A stretch of 64,000 nt of DNA from Solirubrobacteraceae bacterium (GTDB taxonomy: Bacteria; Actinomycetota; Thermoleophilia; Solirubrobacterales; Solirubrobacteraceae): assembly GCA_031177685.1 (NCBI GenBank), contig JAPSGI010000012.1, positions 13,656 through 77,655 of the forward strand. Reading direction: 5' to 3'. Position 1 is the first letter of the stretch; each line of letters begins with the position of its first letter. The notes under the pieces were generated by a model that was given only the letters and a program-made list of their open reading frames with translations, was not told the origin of the DNA and searched no databases. Positions 1 to 8,136 of this stretch are shown piece by piece. The position numbers were made by a program, and so were the translations under genes.

Positions 1-2708
1 CCCAGCGCCAGCAGCGCGAGGATGGTCTCGGACTCGTCCGAGCCCCGCGCCAGCTCGACCGCGCGCTCGAGGTTCTCCCGCGCCTTGGCCGCGTCGCCGA
101 TGCGGCCGAAGACGCGACCGAAGATCCCATGGGCGCGGCTGGCCGCGCGCGTCTCGCCGAGCCGCTCGGCGAGCCGCAGCGACTTCTCGGCGGCGTAGAT
201 GGCCAGCATGTTGTCGCCCGTCTGCATGTACAGCCAGGCGGCCTCCTCGTAGAGGCGGACCAGCTCGATCACGGGCGGCCCGTCCTTGAGCAGGTTGATG
301 CCCTTCTGGTGGTGCTCGATCGCCGCCTTGCGGTCGCCCTTGTGCCACAGCCCCGCGCCGATCCGGCGGTGCAGGTCGGCGACGTGCTCGAGGTCCTCGC
401 GGCCGCGGTGGTAGTCGAGGCACTCCTCCCATACCGCGATCGCCGCGTCGACGCGCCCGAGGCGCAGCGCCACGTCGCCCTGCTTCTCGCCGATCCGCGC
501 GCGCGCTTCCTCGGGCAGCTCGTCCCCGCCCAGGTCGCGCGCGGCCTTGAGGTGCGCGTAGGCCTCGCGGTTGGAGTACAGGCCGGCCGCGGCGTCGCCC
601 GCGGCCTCCAGGAAGCGCACCGCCTTGGCGCGGATGGCGACCGCCTCGTCGGAGGGCAGCCGCGCCTCGCCGGCCAGCGAGGCGGCGCGGCCGTAGTGCT
701 CGGCCAGCAGCGCGACGACCTCGTCGGAGCGGTCGCCGGCGCGCTGCTCGATGAAGTCGCCGACTTCCAGGTGCTTGCGGGCGCGGACCGACTTGGGAAG
801 CATCGCGTAGGCGACGTCGCGGATCAGCACGTGCTTGAAGGCGAGCTCCGGGTCGCCCAGCCGGCCGCCGGCCTCGGGCACGACGATCTCCTTTTCCTGC
901 AGCGAGATCAGCGCCTCCTGCAGGTCGCGGCCCTCCTCCGCGGCGACGGGCGCGAGCACGTCCTCCCAGAAGGTGCGGCCCACCACGGCGGCCTGCTGCA
1001 CGACGCGCCGCTCGAACGGCTCCAGCGAGTCCAGCCGCGCCGCCAGCAGCGCCTGCACCGTGTCGGGCAGCTGGTCCGCGTGGCCCGCGCCCTCCTCGTC
1101 GAGCAGGCGCACGATCTCCTCGGCGAAGAACGGGTTGCCGCCGGCCCGCTCCGCCACGGCGGGGGGCAGGCTGGAGGCCAGCTGTGGCATCAGCGCCGCC
1201 ACCAGGTCCTCGGTCTCCTCGCGCGTCAGGGGGTCGAGGAAGACGGACGTGGCGCGCCGCCGCCCGCCGCCCCAGCTCTCGCGCCGGTCGAGCAGGTCGT
1301 CGCGCGCCAGGCACAGGATCAGCACGGGCGCGCGGACCCACTGCGCCAGGTACTCGACGAGGTCCAGCATGCCCGAGTCGGCCCAGTGGATGTCCTCCAG
1401 CACGAGGACGAGCGGCCGGCGCCGCGCGATCGCCTCGATGACCGAGCGCACCGCCGAGAAGAAGTTCTCGCGTGCGCGCTGGGGGTCCAGGGGCTCGGCG
1501 CCTCCGTCCGGCGGCGGCGCGCCAATCCCCAGCAGCCGCGCGATCAGCGCCGCCTTGCGCTCGGCGGGCTCGGCGCCCGGCTCGTCGCGCGCGCCGCCCA
1601 GCAGGTCGGCGATGTGGCGCGAGAGCTTGGACCAGGCGACGTCCGCCGGATCGCCGTCGGCCACCCCGCACTCCGCCCGCAGAACCTCGGTCAGGGGCCA
1701 GTAAACGATGCCCGACCCGTACGGCAGGCAGCGGCCCTCGCGCAGCGCCGGCGCGACGTCGCGCCGCTCCAGCAGCGCGGCCAGCTCGCGCGCCAGGCGC
1801 GACTTGCCCACCCCGGCCTGGCCGATCACCGTGACCAGGTGCGGGCGCCCGTCGCGCACCGCCCGGTCGAAGGCGGCCTCCAGCTCGGTCAGCTCGCGGT
1901 CGCGGCCGACCAGCGGGGCCTCGCGCCGCGAGGGGGCGCGGCGCCGCGGGCGCTCGGCCAGCACGCCCGTGGCCTCCCACGCGTGGACCGGCTCGGACTT
2001 GCCCTTCAGCACCAGCGGCCCGATCTCGTCGTAGCGCACGGCGTCGCGGGTCGCGCGCACCGTGCGCTCGCCCACGGTCACCGCACCGCGGCGGCCGGCG
2101 GCCTGCAGCCGCGCGGCGACGTTCACCGTGTCGCCGGTGACCGTGTAGGAGTCGCCCACCGCGCCCGCCAGCACCTCGCCGGTGTTGACGCCCACGCGCA
2201 GCTCGAAGGAGACGCCGAACTCGCGCTTGACCTCGACGTTGATCTCCTCCATCGCCGCCTGCATCCCCAGCGCGGCGCGCACCGCGCGCTCGGCGTCGTC
2301 CTCGTGCGCCACCGGCGCCCCGAACAGCGCCATCACGTTGTCGCCGATGTACTTGTCCACCGTGCCGCCGTAGTGCTCGACCTCCTCGCCCAGGCGGCGC
2401 AGGCAGCGTTCGACGACCGCCTTGACGGATTCCGGGTCCATGCGCTCGGCGATCGCGGTGTAGCCCGACAGGTCGGCGAACAGCACGGTGACCTGGCGGC
2501 GCTCCTCGGCGGGCACCGCCGGGCGCGGTGCGGGCGCCGGAGCGGTCGCCCCCTGCTCCGCGCCACAGGCCGGACAGAAGCGCGCGACCTCGGGCAGCGC
2601 CTCGCCGCAGTTGACGCAGCGGCGCTCCAGCGGCGTGCCGCAAGTCATGCAGAAGCGCGCCCCGGCCGGGTTCTCCGTCGCGCAGCGCGAGCACTCCTGG
2701 CCCCCCAT
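1..2708 (-). CDS. Class III adenylate/guanylate cyclase with N-terminal double zinc ribbon, then STAND/AAA ATPase and TPR repeats (C-terminus runs off the left edge)
   Basis: Absent from the ORF track because no stop lies in the window. Reverse-complement translation from ATG at 2706-2708 reads MGGQECSRCATENPAGARFCMTCGTPLERRCVNCGEALPEVARFCPACG (two CxxC...CxxC ribbons). It continues RQVTVLFADLSGYTAIAE...GDNVMALFGAPVAHEDDAERAV...VGVNTGEVLAG...YTVTGDTVNVAARLQ (cyclase homology domain), then GQAGVGKSRL (Walker A). The frame is still open at position 1, reading ...FGRIGDAAKARENLERAVELARG (TPR-like). ORF 129..2717 + is its antisense shadow. Confidence 0.85.
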   Translation of the reverse strand, partial: MGGQECSRCATENPAGARFCMTCGTPLERRCVNCGEALPEVARFCPACGAEQGATAPAPAPRPAVPAEERRQVTVLFADLSGYTAIAERMDPESVKAVVERCLRRLGEEVEHYGGTVDKYIGDNVMALFGAPVAHEDDAERAVRAALGMQAAMEEINVEVKREFGVSFELRVGVNTGEVLAGAVGDSYTVTGDTVNVAARLQAAGRRGAVTVGERTVRATRDAVRYDEIGPLVLKGKSEPVHAWEATGVLAERPRRRAPSRREAPLVGRDRELTELEAAFDRAVRDGRPHLVTVIGQAGVGKSRLARELAALLERRDVAPALREGRCLPYGSGIVYWPLTEVLRAECGVADGDPADVAWSKLSRHIADLLGGARDEPGAEPAERKAALIARLLGIGAPPPDGGAEPLDPQRARENFFSAVRSVIEAIARRRPLVLVLEDIHWADSGMLDLVEYLAQWVRAPVLILCLARDDLLDRRESWGGGRRRATSVFLDPLTREETEDLVAALMPQLASSLPPAVAERAGGNPFFAEEIVRLLDEEGAGHADQLPDTVQALLAARLDSLEPFERRVVQQAAVVGRTFWEDVLAPVAAEEGRDLQEALISLQEKEIVVPEAGGRLGDPELAFKHVLIRDVAYAMLPKSVRARKHLEVGDFIEQRAGDRSDEVVALLAEHYGRAASLAGEARLPSDEAVAIRAKAVRFLEAAGDAAAGLYSNREAYAHLKAARDLGGDELPEEARARIGEKQGDVALRLGRVDAAIAVWEECLDYHRGREDLEHVADLHRRIGAGLWHKGDRKAAIEHHQKGINLLKDGPPVIELVRLYEEAAWLYMQTGDNMLAIYAAEKSLRLAERLGETRAASRAHGIFGRVFGRIGDAAKARENLERAVELARGSDESETILALLAL

Positions 2709-2803
2709 CACCGGTGACGATAGCGGCGGCGTTGCGCGCGGTCACGCCGCCTTCTAGTCTGGCCCGGCACCGGGAAGCCACCGACGAGAGGATGGGGGAG
2801 CCG

Positions 2804-3181
2804 ATGGGACTCTTCGACAAGATGAAGGACGCCCAGCAGCAGGCGCAGAGCGCGATGGCCGGGATGCCGGACATGTCCACGATGGGCGGCGACATGGCGG
2901 CCCAGGCCGCGTACGCGCAGAAGGCCCAGAAGCTGCACAGCCAGGGCGTCGAGGCCCCGGGACAGGTGCACGCGATCCGCACGACCGGCGTCACCGACCC
3001 CGGCGGCGGGCAGGAGACCGACTTCGACGTGACCATCACGCCCGCCGGCGGCCAGCCGTACCAGACGACGATCCGCCAGTTCATGCTCCCCGCCATGCTC
3101 GAGGGCATCTCGGAGGGCGCGGCGATCACCGTCAAGTACGACGCCGACGACCCGTCACAGGCGCTGATCTACGGCTGGTAG
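2804..3181 (+). CDS. Hypothetical soluble protein; N-terminal MGxFxKMKD helix plus beta-rich domain; paralog of the next gene
   Basis: In-frame part of ORF 2714..3181. Start placed at ATG 2804, preceded by GGGGGAG (2794-2800). MGLFDKMKD... and ...AAITVKYDADDPSQALI parallel MGFFKDMKD... and ...EIPVKVMPDDPSRIAV in 3210..3815. Confidence 0.65.
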   Translation: MGLFDKMKDAQQQAQSAMAGMPDMSTMGGDMAAQAAYAQKAQKLHSQGVEAPGQVHAIRTTGVTDPGGGQETDFDVTITPAGGQPYQTTIRQFMLPAMLEGISEGAAITVKYDADDPSQALIYGW

Positions 3182-3209
3182 CCCCGGCAGGGGCGGAAAG
3201 GAGGCTCGC

Positions 3210-3815
3210 ATGGGCTTCTTCAAGGACATGAAGGACCTCAAGAAGCTGGGGGACCACCACGGCGGCATGCCGTCGATGAAGAGCGCCTTCCAGGACATCC
3301 GCGGCGTGGCGGACGATCGCGGCGAGGCCGAGGTGCTCGAAAAGGGCGTGCCGGCCAAGGCCATCTGCAAGGGCTTCGCCACCCCGGTCCCCGACGACCG
3401 CTTCGCGATGCAGATCCCGCTGGAGATCCACCCGCCTAGCGGGGCGCCCTACGAGGTCAACCACGTGTTCCCGACGGCGCGCATGAAGGCGGCGATCTCC
3501 GTGGGGATGGAGATCCCGGTGAAGGTGATGCCCGACGACCCGAGCCGCATCGCCGTGCAGTGGGACGCGCAGAAGGCGAGCATCGCGGCGGCGGGCGGCG
3601 ACATGGCCGCGGTCACCGCGGGGCTGCAGCAGACCTACGGGGGCGTGGCGGACGCCGCGTACCGCCAGGCCCAGGCCGGCGGGGCCCCGGCCGCGCAGCC
3701 CGCGGCCGACGACGCGGCGGCGCGGCTGTCCAAGCTGGGCAAGCTGCGCGAGGACGGGCTGATCGACGACGCCGAGTACGAGGCCAAGAAGGCCGAGATC
3801 CTCGCGGACCTCTAG
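3210..3815 (+). CDS. SHOCT-domain protein, paralogous N-terminal region to 2804..3181
   Basis: AAAGGAGG at 3197-3204, then ATG 3210. The C-terminus LSKLGKLREDGLIDDAEYEAKKAEILADL is a textbook SHOCT motif. Confidence 0.8.
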   Translation: MGFFKDMKDLKKLGDHHGGMPSMKSAFQDIRGVADDRGEAEVLEKGVPAKAICKGFATPVPDDRFAMQIPLEIHPPSGAPYEVNHVFPTARMKAAISVGMEIPVKVMPDDPSRIAVQWDAQKASIAAAGGDMAAVTAGLQQTYGGVADAAYRQAQAGGAPAAQPAADDAAARLSKLGKLREDGLIDDAEYEAKKAEILADL

Positions 3816-4195
3816 GCCGCGGGCACGCCGCCCGCGCGCAGCACCGTTCCGCGCTCGGCCGCGTACCGGCCGAGCGCGGCGCGCGTCTGCTCGGAGGCGT
3901 TGCCGACGATCGTCACGCGGGTGCGGTAGTCGCCGTCGGCGTCGAAGCGCACGGAGATGCGAAAGAAGTTCTCGGTCGGGCCGCCCCACAGGCGGTTCAT
4001 CCCGAGCGACACGATGTTCATCGTGCGCGCGACGGCGTCCTGGTAGCGGCGCTCGTACATCAGCGTGTCCACGGCCTCGTCGTGCAGCTCGAACTTGGCG
4101 TCGCGGATCGGCTCCGGAGGCTGCGCGCGCCACGCCGCCAGCACGCTCGCCGCGGTCTCGTCGAGCGTGAACTGCAGGTTGATCTCGTCGGCCAC
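3812..4195 (-). CDS. Hypothetical protein (127 aa)
   Basis: ORF with balanced, protein-like composition (MADEINLQFTLDETAASVLAAWRAQ...RISVRFDADGDYRTRVTIVGN). Its stop shares the CTAG at 3812-3815 with the convergent gene. No family recognised. Confidence 0.7.
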   Translation of the reverse strand: MADEINLQFTLDETAASVLAAWRAQPPEPIRDAKFELHDEAVDTLMYERRYQDAVARTMNIVSLGMNRLWGGPTENFFRISVRFDADGDYRTRVTIVGNASEQTRAALGRYAAERGTVLRAGGVPAA

Positions 4196-4204
4196 GCCGC
4201 GAGC

Positions 4205-4351
4205 CTACCGGCGCGGCTGCTCGTCCTCCACGTCCGTCTCGCGGTCCTGGCCGGCGTTGACTGTCTCGTCCGGCGGCGTGTCGCCGAAGTCCGCCTGCTC
4301 CTCCTCGCGCTCCTGCTCGGGATCGCTGCCGACGTCCTGGGATCTCTCCAT
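4205..4351 (-). CDS. Possible small acidic protein (48 aa)
   Basis: Below the ORF-track size cut-off. Reverse complement reads MERSQDVGSDPEQEREEEQADFGDTPPDETVNAGQDRETDVEDEQPRR*. GC3 is high and GGTAGGA lies upstream. It may equally be non-coding. Confidence 0.3.
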   Translation of the reverse strand: MERSQDVGSDPEQEREEEQADFGDTPPDETVNAGQDRETDVEDEQPRR

Positions 4352-4387
4352 GCCGGCGTCCTACCCGCTGAGCCGCCGCCGAACGCG

Positions 4388-4412
4388 GGAGGCCGGGCGC
4401 TGCCCGGCCTCC
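4388..4412. other. Perfect 11-bp GC hairpin (GGAGGCCGGGC-gct-GCCCGGCCTCC) in a divergent intergenic region
   Basis: Read directly from the sequence. It is followed on the + strand by T-containing stretches (GGTTTTGTTGG). No upstream gene on either strand would need it as a terminator. Confidence 0.4.
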
Positions 4413-4575
4413 GGTGGTGCGTTATGCGGTTTTGTTGGCCCGGGCGGGGTTTCGGTCCGTTCGCCGCGGCGCCTGCACTGTGCACCGCTTTTCGGGAGGT
4501 TCGCGGCGCGAGACGCTTCAGATCTTCCCTCGTGTCCCGCGTTTTGCCGGGCGGCGCCGGGGTAGCGGGACAGCC

Positions 4576-5475
4576 ATGACCGACGAGCGGCTCACGAGCG
4601 CTTTGGGGTGGGCCAGCCTCGGTCTCGGCGTGCCGCAGCTCCTCGCGCCGGACCGCTTTGCCCGCGCCGTCGGCGTGCGGCCCGGCGCGCGCACGCGGGT
4701 CATCACCGCGGTCGCCTGCGGCGCGCGCGAGCTGGCGGCCGGCGCGGGCATCCTCGCGCTCGAACGCCGCCGCCCGCTGCGCACGCTGCGCGCGCGCGTC
4801 GCCGGCGACCTCCTGGACCTGGCGCTGCTCGGGGCGGCGCTGGGGACCCGGCGCGCCGATCCGCGGCGCGCGGGCGCCGCCATGGCAGCGGTGGCCGGCG
4901 TCGCGGCGGCGGACGTCGTGGCGGCGCGGCGCGTGAGCCGCGCGGACGCGAACCTGCGGGCGCGAGCCGCCGTCACGATTCGCCGCCCCCGCGCGGACGT
5001 CTACGCGTTCTGGCGCGACTTCGCCAACCTGCCGGCCTTCATGCTGCATCTGGAGTCGGTGAAGCTGGCCCGCAACGGGCGCTCGCACTGGAAGGCGCGG
5101 GCGCCGATCGGCACCGTCGAGTGGGACGCCGAGATCGTGGACGAGCGGCCGGGGGAGCTGATCGCGTGGCGCTCGCTGCACGGCTCCGACGTCGAGCACG
5201 AGGGTTCCGTGTGCTTCCGCGAAGCCCCGGGCGATCGCGGGACGGAGGTCCACGTCGAACTGCGATACGCCGCGCGCGGCGGCTCGGCCGGCGTCGCGCT
5301 GTCCAAGCTGACCGGCGAGGAACCGCGCCAGCAGCTCAACGACGACCTGCGGCGGTTCAAGCAGGTGATGGAGACCGGAGAGGTCGCGCGCTCCGAGGGC
5401 AGCCCCGAAGGCCACAGCGCGCGCCGGCAGCTCAAGCAGCGTCCCGCCCAACCGGTGGAAGTGGGCGCTCCGTGA
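4576..5475 (+). CDS. SRPBCC (cyclase/dehydrase, polyketide_cyc2-like) protein with N-terminal membrane segments
   Basis: In-frame part of ORF 4414..5475; start placed at ATG 4576 ([23 protein letters not shown]...). The core [33 protein letters not shown]...[18 protein letters not shown]...VHVELRY is typical SRPBCC. Confidence 0.8.
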   Translation: MTDERLTSALGWASLGLGVPQLLAPDRFARAVGVRPGARTRVITAVACGARELAAGAGILALERRRPLRTLRARVAGDLLDLALLGAALGTRRADPRRAGAAMAAVAGVAAADVVAARRVSRADANLRARAAVTIRRPRADVYAFWRDFANLPAFMLHLESVKLARNGRSHWKARAPIGTVEWDAEIVDERPGELIAWRSLHGSDVEHEGSVCFREAPGDRGTEVHVELRYAARGGSAGVALSKLTGEEPRQQLNDDLRRFKQVMETGEVARSEGSPEGHSARRQLKQRPAQPVEVGAP

Positions 5476-6650
5476 GGGCGACGGTCTACTCGGGGCGCAA
5501 CCGCGTGCAGGTCGAGCAGGTCCCGGATCCGCGGATCGTCAACCCGCGCGACGCCGTCGTCCGCATCACCTCCACGGCGATCTGCGGCTCGGACCTGCAT
5601 CTCTACGACGGCTACATCCCCACGACCAAGCGCGGCGACGTCCTCGGCCACGAGTTCATGGGCGAGGTGGTGGAGAAGGGCAGCGAGGTGGCGAACCTGC
5701 AACTGGGCGACCGCGTGGTCGTGCCGTTCCCGATCGCCTGCGGCAACTGCACGCCCTGCCAGCGCGAGCTGTACTCGCTGTGCGAGAACTCCAACCCCAA
5801 CGCCGCGATGGCGGAGAAGCTGTGGGGCCACGCGGCGTGCGGGATCTATGGCTACTCGCACCTGATGGGCGGCTACGCGGGGGGGCAGGCCGAGTACGCT
5901 CGCGTCCCGTTCGCCGACGTCGGGCCGATCAAGATCGAGGACGGCCTGGCGGACGAGCAGGTGCTGCCCCTCGCCGACGTGTTCCCCACCGGCTACATGG
6001 GCGCCGAGAACTGCGAGATCGAGCCGGGCGACACGATCGCCGTGTGGGGCGCCGGGCCCGTCGGCCAGCTCGCCGTCGCGAGCGCGCGACTGCTGGGCGC
6101 GGAGCGAGTGATCGCGATCGACCGCTTCGGCTACCGGCTGCGCATGGCGCTGGAGCGGGCCGGCGCGACCGACGTGATCGACTACGAGGAGCAGCCGGAC
6201 GTCGTCGCGGCGCTCAAGGAGATGACCGGCGGGCGCGGCCCGGACGCCTGCATCGACGCGGCGGGGATGGAAGCGCACCACGCGCGCCTACCCGTGCACG
6301 CCTACGACCGCGTCAAGCAGGCCGCGCGCCTGGAGACCGAGCGCCCGCACGCCCTGCGCGAGGCGATCATGGCCTGCCGCAACGGCGGGATCGTCTCGGT
6401 CGTCGGCGTCTACGGCGGCGTGGTCGACAAGTTCCCGATGGGCTCCGTCATGAACCGGTCGCTGACGATCAAGTCCGGGCAGACGCACGTCCAGCGCTAC
6501 CTGCGGCCGCTGCTGGAGCGCATCGAGCGCGGGGACGTCGACCCGAGCTTCGTGTTCACGCACACGATGAGCCTCGACGACGCCCCGCAGGGCTACGAGA
6601 CCTTCAAGCACAAGCGCGACGAGTGCATGAAGGTCGTGCTCAAGCCGTAG
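5472..6650 (+). CDS. Zinc-dependent alcohol/formaldehyde dehydrogenase family (MDR) oxidoreductase
   Basis: GTG 5472 overlaps the upstream TGA (GTGA). Motifs: [18 protein letters not shown], structural-zinc Cys cluster [15 protein letters not shown], Rossmann VWGAGPVG. It is the last 392 codons of the 4608..6650 track ORF. Confidence 0.9.
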   Translation: MRATVYSGRNRVQVEQVPDPRIVNPRDAVVRITSTAICGSDLHLYDGYIPTTKRGDVLGHEFMGEVVEKGSEVANLQLGDRVVVPFPIACGNCTPCQRELYSLCENSNPNAAMAEKLWGHAACGIYGYSHLMGGYAGGQAEYARVPFADVGPIKIEDGLADEQVLPLADVFPTGYMGAENCEIEPGDTIAVWGAGPVGQLAVASARLLGAERVIAIDRFGYRLRMALERAGATDVIDYEEQPDVVAALKEMTGGRGPDACIDAAGMEAHHARLPVHAYDRVKQAARLETERPHALREAIMACRNGGIVSVVGVYGGVVDKFPMGSVMNRSLTIKSGQTHVQRYLRPLLERIERGDVDPSFVFTHTMSLDDAPQGYETFKHKRDECMKVVLKP

Positions 6651-6654
6651 GCGC

Positions 6655-8028
6655 CTAGGGCGATCCGAGCCGGCGCTCCTGCGTCTGCGGGTTGAGGTGG
6701 TGCAGCGATTGCGTACCCGCGAAGGCTTCGCCCGTGTATCCGAAGACGTCGACTCCGCGGGTGATGTCGTTCGCGTAGGCGTGGCCGTTGTACCAGTACG
6801 ACGACCACGTGTCGGCCTGGCCTGCCCCGTCCGCGTCCTCCGCGTCGTAGTGGGCGATCTCGGTGCCGGCCGGGGCCGGAGTGGGCGACGGCGAGCGCTC
6901 CGCGACCTCGCTGAAGTCCACGATCCCGGTGCCCGCCTCGTAGAAGGCCGAGTTGAGCAGGTACTTGCCCTCGACGGGGATCGCGTTGTAGTTGTGGGTC
7001 GTGCAGATGAGGTCGCCCTGCGGCGCCTGCGCCCGCTGCTGCACGAAGAATCCGAGCGGCAGCTGCGGGTCGGCGACGCGGTAGAACCAGGCGGCGCCCG
7101 GCGGCGAGCCCCCGCAGCCGTGGGTGGCGGCCGCGCCGCCCTCCTCGTCGCCGAAGATCGCGACCTCGCCGTCCCACGTGAACCCGCCGGAGTGCCAGAT
7201 GTTCACCGCCGGGTTGTAGATGTGGTCGGTGATCCGTGGGTTCGCGGGATCGGAGACGTCCCAGATCTGGCCCTCGGTCAGGCAGGCGGCGGCCGCCTTG
7301 CCGATCTCCGTGAACACGCCGATGTCGTGACAGCCCACGGCCGGCGCGACCGACGGCTGGTTGACGACGCGCGCCTGCTCGGGCGCCTTCAGCGGGACCT
7401 CGACGATCGAGATCTTGTGGTGCAGCGGCAGGCAGTCGGAGTCCTCGTCCGGCGACCCGTGGTCGTCGTGCGTGTGCGCCCCATGCTCGGTCAGCGGGTA
7501 GGACGAGACGTAGACGAAGACGTGGTCGGGGCGCCGCGGGTCGGGGACGACGGTGTGGGTGTGCGAGCCGCAGTCGGTGCCGACGGCCTTGACGAACTGC
7601 GGCTTGCGCGGGTTGCTCACGTCGAAGATGCGGATTCCCTCCCAGCCGAGCGCGCGCGTGGGGTCGTCGCTGCTCGCGCAGTCCGAGCGGGTCTGGCGAC
7701 GGTCGACCGACTGGAAGAGCAGGAGGCTGCCGCGGTGGCCGTACACGCCCGTGTCGCCCTGGGAGCCGTTGCAGCGGAAGTCCGACAGCACGCGCGGGCG
7801 CTCGGGGCTGCGGACGTCCAGGACGCGGAAGCCGCGGTAGTTGCCGGCGAAGGCCAGGTCCTCCCAGAACGCGATGTCGCTGTTGGTCGTGCCCGGATTG
7901 GGGGAGTTGGCCAGGTGCGTCATGTTCTCCGACGTCGGCTCGACTCCGTGCTCGGCCGCGGCCGCGGACGGCAGCGCCAGCGCCAGCAGGACGGACAGGA
8001 CGCAGAACGCGCGAAATCGGTTCGACAC
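6655..8028 (-). CDS. Secreted LVIVD-repeat beta-propeller protein
   Basis: Track ORF 6655..8112. I prefer GTG 8028 (G7 run 5 nt upstream), which gives the signal peptide MSNRFRAFCVLSVLLALALPSAAAA. Repeats FRVLDVRSPERP, IRIFDVSNPRKP and IWDVSDPANP fit the LVIVD family. Confidence 0.8.
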   Translation of the reverse strand: MSNRFRAFCVLSVLLALALPSAAAAEHGVEPTSENMTHLANSPNPGTTNSDIAFWEDLAFAGNYRGFRVLDVRSPERPRVLSDFRCNGSQGDTGVYGHRGSLLLFQSVDRRQTRSDCASSDDPTRALGWEGIRIFDVSNPRKPQFVKAVGTDCGSHTHTVVPDPRRPDHVFVYVSSYPLTEHGAHTHDDHGSPDEDSDCLPLHHKISIVEVPLKAPEQARVVNQPSVAPAVGCHDIGVFTEIGKAAAACLTEGQIWDVSDPANPRITDHIYNPAVNIWHSGGFTWDGEVAIFGDEEGGAAATHGCGGSPPGAAWFYRVADPQLPLGFFVQQRAQAPQGDLICTTHNYNAIPVEGKYLLNSAFYEAGTGIVDFSEVAERSPSPTPAPAGTEIAHYDAEDADGAGQADTWSSYWYNGHAYANDITRGVDVFGYTGEAFAGTQSLHHLNPQTQERRLGSP

Positions 8029-8136
8029 GAGAACCCCCCCAGGCTCGACAACGGGCTCCCCCCGCACGGCGGAGCGGCCGTCGTTTGCCCCGTCGGCGGT
8101 CCGGCGAAACACCGGAAGACCGCATGCTGACGTGGG

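Noticed and set aside
129-2717. 862-aa ORF on the plus strand
   Set aside because: The translation is Arg/Ala/Leu/Gly-rich low-complexity text with no motifs. The opposite strand encodes a clean zinc-ribbon/cyclase/ATPase/TPR protein over the same span, so this is an antisense shadow ORF.
4402-4412. Identical 11-mer GCCCGGCCTCC in the hairpins at 4388-4412 and 29479-29504 as a dispersed repeat (REP-like) family
   Set aside because: At this GC content thousands of chance 11-mer matches are expected in 64 kb, and the two hairpins have opposite arm order. There is no further shared flanking sequence.
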